DNA from: an uncultured Methanosarcinaceae archaeon
GTDB taxonomy: Archaea; Halobacteriota; Methanosarcinia; Methanosarcinales; Methanosarcinaceae
Direction: 5' to 3'
DNA: 64,000 nucleotides
NCBI GenBank assembly: GCA_963847185.1
Contig: CAWJYV010000004.1
Span: forward strand, 1-64,000
Each line of letters begins with the position of its first letter. The stretch's first letter is position 1. Under the pieces are notes generated by a model. The model made no database searches, had not been told where the DNA came from, and saw nothing but the letters and a program-made list of their open reading frames with translations. This document shows positions 52,463 through 63,686 of this stretch, in pieces. The position numbers were made by a program, and so were the translations under genes.

Positions 52463-54943
52463 TCAGCCCTGGACTTTCTTTTTGAGCTTCTTTGTTTCTT
52501 CTGCAACTTCCTTTTTTGAGTGCACTCTTGCTATCAGTTCTACAGCATCAAGGTTACGCACTGCACTGTCAAGATAGCCGAAAATGTCGCCCTGATATGC
52601 AGAAATCCCATATTTGTCTTCAAGCTTTTTCACTATCTGTGCCGGGTCCAGATCTTCAGTACGCAGTTTAATTATTTTTTCCGAAAACTTCTGTTCTGCA
52701 CAGCCGCAATAAGGCGAATCCCTGCATGTACAGGTTAAAAAGTCAGAGGCAAAGTTTAACATAAGCTCCCGGATTTTTGCATCAAGGTGAGTAAAGGATT
52801 CCCCATCAAAGATTATATCAAGAGACGCTCCCTGAAAAACCCTTGCAGGCATATTTACATTCAGGGTGCTTCCTATCTGATTTGCATATTTGAAATATGC
52901 AGCATCGAAGAACTCCAGATTTGTTACAATTTTCAGAGGGTCGTTTTCTTCGAGGACTGCATCCCGAATCATGAAAGCCTTGGATACAGGCAGGAAATGG
53001 GCTGCAATAATCTTTCCAAAGCGGGTAAGCGTTATCTTATTCCCTTTCCTTTCTACAAAACGATAGCTTTGAAGGCGCAGGATCAATTTGTCCAGGTCAA
53101 AACTTCCGAACATCATATTGTGAAGCTTTCTGAGGTCCTGAACAGAAGAAGTAACAGCAATAGACGCAAGCACTTCTTCAAGCTGTTCAGCCTCTCCGTA
53201 TTCGACTCCTGCTGTAAGCATTTCTCCCTGCAACAGTTTGATTGCAACCTCTTCTTCGGTATCGGACTGGGAACTTGAATAAGATTTCCCTGGGACCGGC
53301 ATAAGCACCACAACTCCTCTATCGTGGTAGTCCGGCCTCCCTGCCCTTCCGCTCATCTGCAAAAAGTCCTGGACCGAAATCCAGTCTATTCCCATTGCCA
53401 GAGATTCAAATATTACCTGGGACGCAGGAAAATCCACTCCAGCTGCAAGAGCGGCAGTTGTGACCACTACTGGAAGCTGGCCTTTTGCAAAAAGGGTTTC
53501 GATTTTCTTCCTTTCATACTGGGAAAGGCCTGCATGGTAAGGAGATGCCTGAATTCCAATAGATCCTGCAAGCTTGTGGCAGTTCCTACGCGAATTCGTA
53601 AAGACAATAGTCTGCCCTCTGTGCTTTTTGGAAGAGAGCATTGCGTACTCTTCTCTTGCAAGCTGGGTAATGAGTTTTGTCTTTTCATTTTCCTGGCAGA
53701 AAAGGAGATGCCTGTCAATAGGCACGGGTCTATGTTCGTAGAGGACAAGTTGAGCTCCAAGTTCCTTTGCATAGGCTGCAGGTTTTGCAACAGTTGCAGA
53801 GAGATAGATAAATTGAGCTTCAGGAGCTGCATAGCGCAATCTTCCTATTAATCCATCCAGCCTGTGCCCTCTCTCCTGGTCTTCGAGCATATGGACTTCA
53901 TCCACAACTACAGTCCCTATTTTCCCCAGAAAATCGGCATTTCCTGCGCGGAGCATATGGTCTATGCCCTCATAAGTTCCTACGATTATATCTGCACCGG
54001 GACTGGTATGCATTTTCACGCGCTGAGAAGTCTTTATGAGAATTGCCCCGATCTTTATAGAAGTGGTGAACCCGAGCTTTGAATAGCGTTCCTGAAACTG
54101 GTCGTATTTCTGGTTTGCAAGAGCAACAAGGGGAACAAGATAGAGCATTTTTCCTTTTTTGTCCAGAAGGTTCTGGACTCCTGCCATTTCCCCTATCAGG
54201 GTCTTTCCTGTTGCAGTTGCCGAGACGACGAACTGGTTTCTTCCCTCCAGAAGCCCGGCTTCTATGGACAGGGCCTGGACAGGGAGAAGGGTCTCGGATT
54301 TCTGGAGCAACATATCCTTAAACTTCTTTGCAAGAGGGAGATTCTTTATCCTGACAGTTGATTCTACAGGTTTTGTCCTGATTGTATCATACCGTGTAAA
54401 CTCAGGGTCCAGTCTTTCAGGACTCAGCATCCTTATAGTTCTGTCAAGATCTCTTGTTTTGAAGAGGACCCTTTCCAGAAAGTCAATTGATTTCTCACCA
54501 TACTGTACCCCTGCTGAGCGAACTGCACGCAGAAGCTCTTCTTTTGCGCATTCCTCACAGATGAGTTCATTATGGAACTTGATGGATTTACTATTTACAA
54601 AATTAAAACGTTTGTTGAACCAGCAGTGTTTACAGATTTTAACTATATCAGCCTCGAGCTGGAAACCTTTGAGCATTTCCAGAAAAGCAGCCTCATTTGC
54701 AGGATCCCCTCCTTCTGCAAGCATTATTCTCTTTGCACTGCGTAAAAACTCTATGAATTGCTGAGGAGGAATGAATTCCTCTTTTTTCTTACCGCTAAAA
54801 AGCCTGATTTTATGAGGGCGTGGTCCTTTGTAACTGTCCTTCAGCTGGAGTTCGGCCACATAAAGAGGTTGTTTCAGCCGGTCCTTTATAGCCATTATTA
54901 CTATCTTCGATTTTTCAGCGTTGCCTAGGACCCAGAGTGTCAT
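52463..54943 (-). CDS. archaeal Ski2-like DEAD/DEAH helicase with Cys-rich termini
   Basis: ATATGKT, DEVH, LSAT, YHAGL, QMSGRAGR. Confidence 0.92.
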   Translation of the reverse strand: MTLWVLGNAEKSKIVIMAIKDRLKQPLYVAELQLKDSYKGPRPHKIRLFSGKKKEEFIPPQQFIEFLRSAKRIMLAEGGDPANEAAFLEMLKGFQLEADIVKICKHCWFNKRFNFVNSKSIKFHNELICEECAKEELLRAVRSAGVQYGEKSIDFLERVLFKTRDLDRTIRMLSPERLDPEFTRYDTIRTKPVESTVRIKNLPLAKKFKDMLLQKSETLLPVQALSIEAGLLEGRNQFVVSATATGKTLIGEMAGVQNLLDKKGKMLYLVPLVALANQKYDQFQERYSKLGFTTSIKIGAILIKTSQRVKMHTSPGADIIVGTYEGIDHMLRAGNADFLGKIGTVVVDEVHMLEDQERGHRLDGLIGRLRYAAPEAQFIYLSATVAKPAAYAKELGAQLVLYEHRPVPIDRHLLFCQENEKTKLITQLAREEYAMLSSKKHRGQTIVFTNSRRNCHKLAGSIGIQASPYHAGLSQYERKKIETLFAKGQLPVVVTTAALAAGVDFPASQVIFESLAMGIDWISVQDFLQMSGRAGRPDYHDRGVVVLMPVPGKSYSSSQSDTEEEVAIKLLQGEMLTAGVEYGEAEQLEEVLASIAVTSSVQDLRKLHNMMFGSFDLDKLILRLQSYRFVERKGNKITLTRFGKIIAAHFLPVSKAFMIRDAVLEENDPLKIVTNLEFFDAAYFKYANQIGSTLNVNMPARVFQGASLDIIFDGESFTHLDAKIRELMLNFASDFLTCTCRDSPYCGCAEQKFSEKIIKLRTEDLDPAQIVKKLEDKYGISAYQGDIFGYLDSAVRNLDAVELIARVHSKKEVAEETKKLKKKVQG

Positions 54944-55342
54944 TGTTTATCCTGATATGTGAATTGTATAAGTAAGCTTCCTTTCGAAACTTGGTTTTTG
55001 AACTATTTTTGATTATTTTTGATTATTATCTAAGATTTCTTGAAGACGATTTCTTATTGATCTATGAACTATTATCTTAACAATTTTTTGAGTATTTTTT
55101 AGTGGCTTTATTTATGGAGATAATCATATAAATGTTTTATTACTTATTAATTATATATATTAACTGACTGATCATTACCTTAAAGTTTCTGAATTATTCA
55201 CAGTGGCAAAACTAATAACAGAGGAATTGAGGCAGAAACTTACAGAAAGTACAGGATAGGGCCTGTAGTAAGATAAGATTTTTTTCCTTTTTGCTTCTTT
55301 CTTTTCTTTATTTACTTCTTTCTATCTCTCTAAAACCAGTTC

Positions 55343-56119
55343 TCAAAGGCAAGCTCCTTCCTTTGCAAATCTGCATCCGCAGTTTCGGGTCTCTTGTATA
55401 TTTTCAATTGTGTCCGAGATAATTGCAGAAATAGCTTCCTGAGCTTTTCTCACAACTTCAGTTACTTCATCTGCAGTTAATTTCTGAGTAGTCACCCCAC
55501 ATGCCTGGTTTGTAACAATAGCGAGCGAGGCATAACAAAGGCTGAGCTCTTTTGCGAGGGTTACTTCCGGGATACCGGTCATGCCGACAACATCAGCAAA
55601 CTGGCTCATCATGCGTATTTCTGCCCTGGTCTCAAAGCGTGGACCTTCAGTACAGGCATAGATTCCTTCAGTGTAAGAAACTCCCTGCTTTTTCATGGCC
55701 CATTTAAGGGACTCCCTGATTTCAGGACAGTAAGGTTCAGAGACGTCAACATGAACTGTAATATCGTCATAGAAAGTTGAAGGCCTGCTTCGGGTGAAAT
55801 CTATGAAATCATCAAGTACAACAAAACTTCCCACAGAGTGTCCTCTCATTGACCCAACGGAATTTGTGGAGATTACACGCTTTGCTCCAAGGGAATGAAC
55901 AGCCCAGATATTTGCTTTGTAGTTAATCTTGTGAGGGGGAATATGATTTATTCCAGCATGCCTGGGAATAACTGCAATTCTCTTTCCTCTTATGGTTGTA
56001 AGATAGGCTGTAACTTCTCCATAAGGAGTCTGCACTTCCAGGCTCTCAAAGTCTCCGCATGAATTGAAACCTACGCCTCCAAGCACTGCAATTTCAGCAT
56101 TTTCAGCTGCTTGTTTCAT
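55343..56119 (-). CDS. MTAP-family purine nucleoside phosphorylase
   Basis: TPYG, PRH, PPHKINY, EGPRFET.AE, VGMT, VTN. Confidence 0.9.
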   Translation of the reverse strand: MKQAAENAEIAVLGGVGFNSCGDFESLEVQTPYGEVTAYLTTIRGKRIAVIPRHAGINHIPPHKINYKANIWAVHSLGAKRVISTNSVGSMRGHSVGSFVVLDDFIDFTRSRPSTFYDDITVHVDVSEPYCPEIRESLKWAMKKQGVSYTEGIYACTEGPRFETRAEIRMMSQFADVVGMTGIPEVTLAKELSLCYASLAIVTNQACGVTTQKLTADEVTEVVRKAQEAISAIISDTIENIQETRNCGCRFAKEGACL

Positions 56120-56363
56120 TGTTATTTCTCTCCAATTTCAATTAATGTATTTAATCTTCATACTCAAAAGGAATATTTTAAAAACAAAGTTATATTCAAA
56201 AAGAATTCCTCTAAACTATTTGAACCGACCTTTTTTAAAAAATAAAACAAAAAATTCAATAAATGGGCTTTTTAATTTGATTTATTTTTAATATTTAGTT
56301 TCGTGCGTTTTTTGCTCCTTTTTTATTTTTATTTCGCCTGAATTTGAAATGCCTTTTAATCTT

Positions 56364-57497
56364 TTAGAGGATTTTTCTTTGTTTTCTTTCTTTTTCTTTC
56401 TTCCCATTCTCAGAAATATGGTTTGATACGGAATATTTTATGCCCGAAAGAGCAATAAGAATTGCAACAATCGTGGAATATACGAAGTACTGAAGAGCAA
56501 CTACTGTGTCGTTGATTCCGCCTGAAACAGGAAATGATGCTAAAATATATGTCCCTGCACCCCAGAAGAGTAATCCGGTTGCGATGATAAAAAGAGAGGT
56601 TGACACATTTTTGTATATTGGTTTGCCTTCTCTTCTTAGATCGAATATTTTCCCAAAGTTTGCAAGCAGCAAAGCTCCCACATACCACCAGACAGAAGCA
56701 TTGATGAAAACAGCGACTAAAGTAAGGGCTCCATGATACCAGACTCCCTCTATGGAGTAAAGTTGCCATACTTCCATTGCCCCGTATGCAGTGGCGACAA
56801 TACTTGTAAGCAGGGCAGCAGTGTAGCTGATGAAGATCATTCTCTGTGCCAGGAAAGCGTCCCACAGCCGTTCTCTTTCAAGGGCAAGAATATCATCGAG
56901 CCCAAAGCCTCGATAAAGCATGTAAAGCCCGACAGCTGCAAGGATTCCCACGACTGCACCTTCAGGGTAATGAGCCAGAAGAAATATCGCATAAATTAGA
57001 AAAGCAAGCCCCAAGGGCACAAAAAAAGTCTGAGATATTTTTGGATCGCTGAAGGCATGTTTCAGTATATAGTAAGTACTTTCCAGATTCTCACTCTGCA
57101 TTACGACAATTCTTTTTACAGAGTCAATTTTCATGCGGGACTGAACTATAGGAACAAGAGTCTCGTCTTCTGCTCCATCCGAGACAAATACTGCTCTCTG
57201 CACTTCATTCATTTTGAGGAAAGTCTCAAGTTGTTCGGCAATTTTCTGATCAGAGATAACTCCGACATTTTTGTCCCCTGCAAAAGAGATTATTTCAGCG
57301 TCAGCTCCCTTTGCCCGCAGCTCGTCAAGAATCCTGATCCCACCAAAGATTGTATTGGTATCCGAGTCCTCTGGGTCTGCGATTCCAAGTGCGACAGCAG
57401 CTTGAACGTTAGCTTCACGTCCTATTATTGGGGTTCCCAGTTTTGCTTTTTCCCCCAGATCATTATCTCTGTCTATGCATATAACTAAGGTCTGCAT
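56364..57497 (-). CDS. DUF373-family membrane protein
   Basis: LVICIDRDNDLG, DPEDSDTN, VSDGAEDE, multi-TM C-terminus. Confidence 0.88.
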   Translation of the reverse strand: MQTLVICIDRDNDLGEKAKLGTPIIGREANVQAAVALGIADPEDSDTNTIFGGIRILDELRAKGADAEIISFAGDKNVGVISDQKIAEQLETFLKMNEVQRAVFVSDGAEDETLVPIVQSRMKIDSVKRIVVMQSENLESTYYILKHAFSDPKISQTFFVPLGLAFLIYAIFLLAHYPEGAVVGILAAVGLYMLYRGFGLDDILALERERLWDAFLAQRMIFISYTAALLTSIVATAYGAMEVWQLYSIEGVWYHGALTLVAVFINASVWWYVGALLLANFGKIFDLRREGKPIYKNVSTSLFIIATGLLFWGAGTYILASFPVSGGINDTVVALQYFVYSTIVAILIALSGIKYSVSNHISENGKKEKERKQRKIL

Positions 57498-58224
57498 GTC
57501 TCCTCTATAGCTTTAAATAGTTTCTTCTATCGCAGAGAGCTGATTTATATCTGAACACGATATCCTGATCCGGCTTTTCATATTTCCTGCCGGTGTTTTC
57601 TAACCTCTTTTAACTGGTTAAGTTGACTTACTCTTTACAAGCATACTATTTTAATTTATAGTTTATAATTCATATATAGTTCAATCTTATATATTTTGGC
57701 TTGTTGGCGCACTCAAGCGATTTTACAATTTTATTAAATTAGATTCAATAAATAGGCTATGTGTCTAAACTATATAATACAGTAAGACATTATTCCATAT
57801 AAGAAGTATGGAAGTATAGAGCAAGTATTAAGCCTTGGCTTCTACATATAGTTTAAGGAGCGGGTAACACTGTGCCAGTTTAATTATTCTGGGCATCAAA
57901 AAGTTGTATTTTGGCTGTCTTTGTTTCACCCTGTGAGGGATTATGGTGCAGCTCGGAAATATAAAATAGGAAGGTAAACCGGACTGATCTGTACGTATTT
58001 TTAATAATCAAAAAATTGACTTGTCCCTGTTTTTAATAATCAAATGGATTTTGGCTCTGCTGCTATTTTTTGCTTTATGTTAATTTTTAGTATAAAAATA
58101 AAAATAAAAAAGTTAAAAAGTATTTTATGCTCTGCCAGCATCTTATGTAAAGAATCTATATAGTTGAGCTATGAAGCCAGTAGCATAAAATATCAACTCA
58201 ACTCCATACCCTAGAAGCGGTACC

Positions 58225-59010
58225 ATGAAAAATATTACTAAATATGGAATTTTTTTGGTTGGGATTATTTCTTTGCTGACATTAAATGTTTCAGCGCTAT
58301 CCAATCCTTCAAATGATAGTATCAAACTCGAAAACAATGAAGAGGAACCTATCAGCATTGACATAAATATAGATTTCGAACCTTACAACCATGAAGAGTT
58401 AAGAGACTATTCAGACACAATTGTAGTAGGCACAGTTAAAGAAATACTTCCCCCAAAATGGAATACTGCCGACGGAAAACAACCGAATAAAGCAATTGCT
58501 GAACTCAACAATGAAAACGTCATTTATACTGATATCATTGTAAGTGTTGATGAATACCTCAAAAATCCATTATCGTCCAAGGAGATTATTGTGAGAATTA
58601 CTGGTGGGACAATTGGAAAGATTAGCATGTCTACAGACGCTGATCCAAGCTTCAAAATGGGTGAAAAGGTTTTAATCTATCTGAGTAAGGATGATGATCC
58701 ATATACAAAGGATTTTGGTCCTGAACATTTCATAGTTACTGATTTTTATGAGGGTAAGTTCACATTAACAGATGATGGAAAAGCTATAGGATACGTCCAA
58801 AATACTACTCTCAATGAATTATTGAGTACAATTAATCAAACCGATAATAAGACAAACGATACAGAAATGTCAGATAATACAAAAACGGTGAGTAAACAAG
58901 AAGGAAATTCCAATTCTACCCCGGAATCAAAAAGTGCTCCTTTCATAAGCTCTTTTTGGGCGCTTGCAGCAGTTATTGGGGCAGTCAGTTATGCAAGAAA
59001 AACGAAGTAA
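58225..59010 (+). CDS. secreted/surface protein with C-terminal membrane anchor
   Basis: signal peptide; SDTIVVGTV; Ser/Thr/Asn linker; APF-TM-basic tail resembling archaeal sorting signals. Confidence 0.75.
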   Translation: MKNITKYGIFLVGIISLLTLNVSALSNPSNDSIKLENNEEEPISIDINIDFEPYNHEELRDYSDTIVVGTVKEILPPKWNTADGKQPNKAIAELNNENVIYTDIIVSVDEYLKNPLSSKEIIVRITGGTIGKISMSTDADPSFKMGEKVLIYLSKDDDPYTKDFGPEHFIVTDFYEGKFTLTDDGKAIGYVQNTTLNELLSTINQTDNKTNDTEMSDNTKTVSKQEGNSNSTPESKSAPFISSFWALAAVIGAVSYARKTK

Positions 59011-59285
59011 CGAATTGCAAATCTTCCACATATAATTTAATGAGCGTGTGACGTGGTGCTGTTAAAGTATATAGGAAAATAAATATATGCATAAATAGTT
59101 CTGAATATATAGAAAATGGTATTGGGGTGTGGTGTTATCCTTTTATATCTATCTATATACACTTATATATTAGCAAAAATCGGGTCAAATCGACAGGTCT
59201 GCACCTACAAAATTAATCAAAAATCGGGCTCTAATAATATATAGGAAAATATAAGCCAAACAACCTGTACTAATATTCTAATATT

Positions 59286-59374
59286 TTATACATCACGAGT
59301 TAACATAAATGGGTTTAAAGTCTAATATGTTATACATCCCGAATTAACGTAACAGGTTTAAAGTCTAATATGTT
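59286..59374. repeat. 43-44-bp imperfect tandem repeat
   Basis: GGTTTAAAGTCTAATATGTT at 59312 and 59355; TTATACATC at 59286 and 59330. Confidence 0.75.
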
Positions 59375-59487
59375 GATATTAAGATAACGTAGCCGCTTTA
59401 GCCGCTTCATTCTTTCTTCGTTGGCTTTCAGGTATTGAATTGTGATGTTTTAAACAACTTTCACAGTATAACGCATGTTCTGGTTTA

Positions 59488-59735
59488 CTAAGAGCGTATC
59501 TTAAAATTAAATTTGATTCCACAATTGGGACCGGACTTACGCATTTGAACTGAAAAACAGCAGCACTAAACCGTTAAATGTCTAATATGTAAATTTTAAC
59601 CATGACACCTAATGTATTTGGTTTTATACATCGAGCGAGCAAGTCCTATGTAATAAATTTACGGTCTAAGTTTAAAATCAACGATGCCTACTATCCAAAT
59701 GTAGATATGGTTTGAATTTTAAGACAGCCTCTTAG
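59488..59735. mobile_element. composite MITE containing an IS701-ended mini-element (about 59533-59648)
   Basis: outer CTAAGAGCGTATCTTAAAATT / AATTTTAAGACAGCCTCTTAG; inner GGACTTACGCATTTG ... GCAAGTCCTA. Confidence 0.78.
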
Positions 59736-59832
59736 TGGCAGAAAACCAGACTAAAGCTGGCTGATTTTTGTTAGTTCATTTACAGAGAACAGATTTAAAA
59801 CGAAGGAATCAAATTGGGTTGGAATATTCATT

Positions 59833-60138
59833 TTATGGAAAACTTCCCATAATACTTAATTTCTCCTTGCATTTTGAGATGAAATTTTTAAATTCTTCAG
59901 CTTCTACAACAGGAAAGACTTCAACCTGACATAAATCGGCAATTGGTAAATTGTAAGTCATATAGTCTTTAACAGATTCAACATCATAGAGAGTAATCAT
60001 GCGTCCTCCTCCTGCATCAAACCATTGATTAACGATTTTCAGTCTATTCGGAGAAACTATACTCTCTGCCTTTTCCCACCGCTTAAATAGCTCCGTGCTA
60101 TTTTCAGGGTCAAATGTTGTTATGTCTAACAACAGCAT
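59833..60138 (-). CDS. DUF3303-like small protein (paralog of 22154)
   Basis: MLLLDITTF...NQWFDAGGGR; ATG at 60138. Confidence 0.75.
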   Translation of the reverse strand: MLLLDITTFDPENSTELFKRWEKAESIVSPNRLKIVNQWFDAGGGRMITLYDVESVKDYMTYNLPIADLCQVEVFPVVEAEEFKNFISKCKEKLSIMGSFP

Positions 60139-60639
60139 ATATTTTCCATCCCCTGTTAATCGAATAGTTATGCTGTTTTTCACATGACTACTTTTTCACA
60201 TGAGTACTTTTGGATAACAGCTTATATAGGTTTTGCAACAGAATAAATTTTCTCAATATGATGACAAGTTAAATTTTAATTGTTTTAAATATTTCTTTAC
60301 TTTTGCCGGTTTTGAACATCAGTGTTAACCAAGCCGAAATAATCTTTATATTCTTCAGAGCAGAATTTAAATTTTCTACTGCTTCTAAAAATATTCAAAA
60401 GCTTCAGCTTTAAAAATAAAGCTGATGAAGAAGTTGGTAGCTTTATATATTGTCTGCACGGAAAATGAAATTGCAAAAAATTTGGATTACAGGATTTGGA
60501 ATTGCAATATAGTGTGAATACTGAAAAAGCTACTCCGTTTAGAGATCTAAAACTCTATTGTATAATCTGGACTACCAAAAGTCAAATAATGGTATAGAAT
60601 AATGTAAGTCAAATCTATATGCTTTAAAGTGAGAACTTT

Positions 60640-61233
60640 ATGATAACAGATCCGAATCTTACGTTGTTTCATATCATTAATGATATGGCTGGAAAGACCT
60701 CAATTCTTGATACTACTATGATATTTGCAGCAGAGTATCTCATTTATTTTTTTGGCGTTTATCTCACATATATATGGCTTGCAAAAAATGAACTTCGGCA
60801 GGAGGTATTATTTACCGGGTATGCAGCACTTTTTGGTATGGGAATAAATTTCATTATCGCTCTATTCTATTTTCACCCAAGGCCCTTCATGATACCCACT
60901 GGAACACTCCTTATAGCACATGCGGCAGAATCTTCTTTTCCTTCTGATCATGCGACTATAATGTTTTCAATTTCACTGATGTTTCTGATATTTAGAGATT
61001 TGAGGCACAGTGGCTTTATATTCTTCATACTTGCATTCACCAGCGGAATTGCAAGAATTTATTCCGGAGTTCATTTTCCTATGGATATCGCTGGCTCCTT
61101 ACTTGTTGCTTCATTTTCAACCTGTATACTGCTAGCTCTAAGAAACTATTTGATTCCTATTAACTGCATATTAATTACCTACTTTGAGAAAATTATGAGC
61201 AAAATTAAAAAAAACGATCTAAAGGTTTCTTAA
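60640..61233 (+). CDS. PAP2-family phosphatase (BcrC-like)
   Basis: RP, SFPSDH, ARIYSGVHFP.D. Confidence 0.88.
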   Translation: MITDPNLTLFHIINDMAGKTSILDTTMIFAAEYLIYFFGVYLTYIWLAKNELRQEVLFTGYAALFGMGINFIIALFYFHPRPFMIPTGTLLIAHAAESSFPSDHATIMFSISLMFLIFRDLRHSGFIFFILAFTSGIARIYSGVHFPMDIAGSLLVASFSTCILLALRNYLIPINCILITYFEKIMSKIKKNDLKVS

Positions 61234-61671
61234 GAATCGGAAAACAAGCACTTTTCATGAAAACTTTTTTTGATGGGGCTTAAGATCCAAAATCAAAAGT
61301 TCCATAAGATGTAAACAAAAAAGAATTTCCCATTTCTTTTTCTATCCTGTGTCCGAGTTTCTGTATTTTCTTACAACAACCCCATATCCAGCCCAAAGCT
61401 GGAAAAATACGAAACAAAATGCTTTATGGCACCTCTTCTAACAAATAAATACTGGCAAAGCCAGAACACGAGGCAGGAAAAAGAGGCTTCAACGTGAGTT
61501 GCAGGGGAAAAAGTCACAATATGCGCTACAGGAGAAAGCAGGCTTTGATTTTTTTTGATTGCTTGAGTTTTTTACATTCTATCTTGTTAAAGAACATGTT
61601 TAAAAAAAGCAAAACTAAAACTTATATCAAATGCCATCTAAATTATTTTATTAAAACAGGGGGTAATTATC

Positions 61672-62061
61672 ATTCCAAGAGTGGTCCATTTTGAGATACA
61701 TGCAGAAGATATTTCAAGAGCAAAAAAATTTTATGAAGATGTATTCGGCTGGAAGATCGCGAGATGGGAAGGTCCTACGGAATACTGGAACATAACAACT
61801 GGTAAGAAGGAAGAGATGGGAATCGATGGCGGTTTGATGAAAAGATTGGGAGGAGAACCAAAAGCGAATACTCCGATAAGCACCTATGTCTGCACAATAG
61901 ATGTCCCGAAAATCGATGAATACTTAAAAAAGATACAGGAGCACGGTGGCAAAGTGACGATGGAAAAAAGTGCTATACCTGGTGTAGGCTGGCTTGCCTA
62001 TTGCCTTGATACCGAAAAAAACATATTCGGGGTAATGCAGCCTGACGTGAGCGCCATATAA
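61672..62061 (+). CDS. VOC/glyoxalase family protein
   Basis: PRVVHFEI, FYEDVFGW, GIDGG, IPGVG, DTEKN; start at ATT 61672 or GTG 61681. Confidence 0.88.
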   Translation: MPRVVHFEIHAEDISRAKKFYEDVFGWKIARWEGPTEYWNITTGKKEEMGIDGGLMKRLGGEPKANTPISTYVCTIDVPKIDEYLKKIQEHGGKVTMEKSAIPGVGWLAYCLDTEKNIFGVMQPDVSAI

Positions 62062-62417
62062 TCTTTTCTAATTTATTTTTCTTATTCACCAGAAATCTTA
62101 TTCTCTTCTGATAGACTACAACATCTCTACGGAAGCCCCAATATCTACAAAAGAAAAAAACTCTAAGTAGATTCTTTTTTCATTCCAGATATCTCAAATT
62201 AAACAATGAGCAAACCTTTCGTATTTCCGAAATTTAAAAGAAATTGAAGGCTGCAACTTCTAAGATGCCTCGTAAGATGAAAGAAAGCAGCCTTTCAGCC
62301 TGGAACTTCAAATTAGTTATCAAAGGCCATTTCACCGGATAAATGCGCCGGATAAATGCCCAGAAAACTTATTTTTGCTTAATTCAGAAAGGTAAGCTTT
62401 ACACGCTCACCTTTAAA

Positions 62418-62645
62418 TCAATCCAGGATTTTTTCATTTTCCAGAATCCCTTTTGAAAATGTCACTCCGTCAATTTTCAATTCGAATTCTACTTTTACAT
62501 CTTTAATTCCATATTGTCTGAGGTCTTCCATAGCTATTCTTATTGTATCCCATATATTGGCTTTCAAGGAAAACTCAAAGTCGTTTATGGATTCCTCTTC
62601 AATTGTTTGAAATTCTTCTAGTGTGAGATTAGATTCGTTGATCAT
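62418..62645 (-). CDS. small acidic hypothetical protein
   Basis: 75-aa ORF with purine-rich upstream sequence. Confidence 0.55.
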   Translation of the reverse strand: MINESNLTLEEFQTIEEESINDFEFSLKANIWDTIRIAMEDLRQYGIKDVKVEFELKIDGVTFSKGILENEKILD

Positions 62646-62846
62646 TTTTCTCTCTTCCTGAACCTCACTTCCAATCTAGAATTAATGATATCTTTGTGAT
62701 AGAAATTTTAGTTTTTAATATTTTCAATATTTTTGCTTGTAAATCTTGGTCATTTGATTATTGAAACCAATTTACAGAAAAGGCGCTCAGGCACCTTTCG
62801 GATGCTCACACCTTACGGATACTCAAGCGCCTTAATTATCTCGCAT

Positions 62847-63254
62847 TCAGGCAGGAGTTTCCTTGGACATGATATAGGCGACCATTCCGGGATTAAGTTT
62901 GCTTTCCCTTGAGATCTTTGCCTCAATATCTTCAGCAGATTTTCCTTCAATTTTCATTTCTTTTATTTTTTCAATTACTGAGGAAGGAATTGCGTAATAC
63001 TCGTTTATATCCTTCCTGTGGCCCCAGACATCTCCTTCAATGAGCTGGATACGCTGCATTTCAAGAAACATTTCTATTGACTTTGAGACCGTGGCCATGT
63101 AAGACTTGGGTAATTGAATTACCTCAAGTTTGGGACAGGTTTCAACAAGTCCGAAAATATCCTTGTTAGAAGGCCGGAATGCCAGGTGGACAATCCGCTC
63201 ATTAGGATTTAATGTAAAGATTTCTTCTCTTGAACTGACTACTCTAATTTTCAT
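62847..63254 (-). CDS. DUF1699-family protein
   Basis: MKIRVVSS...HLAFRPSN.D...EGDVWGHRKDINEY. Confidence 0.88.
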   Translation of the reverse strand: MKIRVVSSREEIFTLNPNERIVHLAFRPSNKDIFGLVETCPKLEVIQLPKSYMATVSKSIEMFLEMQRIQLIEGDVWGHRKDINEYYAIPSSVIEKIKEMKIEGKSAEDIEAKISRESKLNPGMVAYIMSKETPA

Positions 63255-63686
63255 ATTTTTCCCCCACTTTAAAGTTATTTTAATTGTACTTTGATATAAA
63301 GTACATATACTGACTATAAATAATTATCTCATTGAACTAACATTATTTAGATAGTATTCTGGATCTACTACTTTTATAATGCATCCAGAATTGCTCGAGA
63401 AAAGCCAAAAAAGGACTAAAACCCACTTTTCATAAATAATTCTCTTATTTTCATCTTGTTTTGATCCCTTCTCCGACTGTAATTTTTTACTAAAAAAGCT
63501 TTAATTGTTATAATAATTTTAAGTAAATATACCGCTTTTTTAGAGACTTTCTGTAAAGGCTTCTGCGTCACTTCGGAAAAGTAATTAATGCCTGATAACA
63601 AGTATTATAGTAGGTATTTTATTTATCTGCAGTGTTTTATTTCATTCTATAGCTATTATAGCTCCATAAATCTCTGGAGGGATATC

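Noticed and set aside
52520-54764. several long antisense ORFs over the helicase (similar ones over mtmBC, cydAB and DUF373)
   Set aside because: No motifs or RBS; expected shadows of real genes.
59286-59374. possible mini-CRISPR
   Set aside because: Only two 20-bp cores, and the intervening sequences resemble each other.
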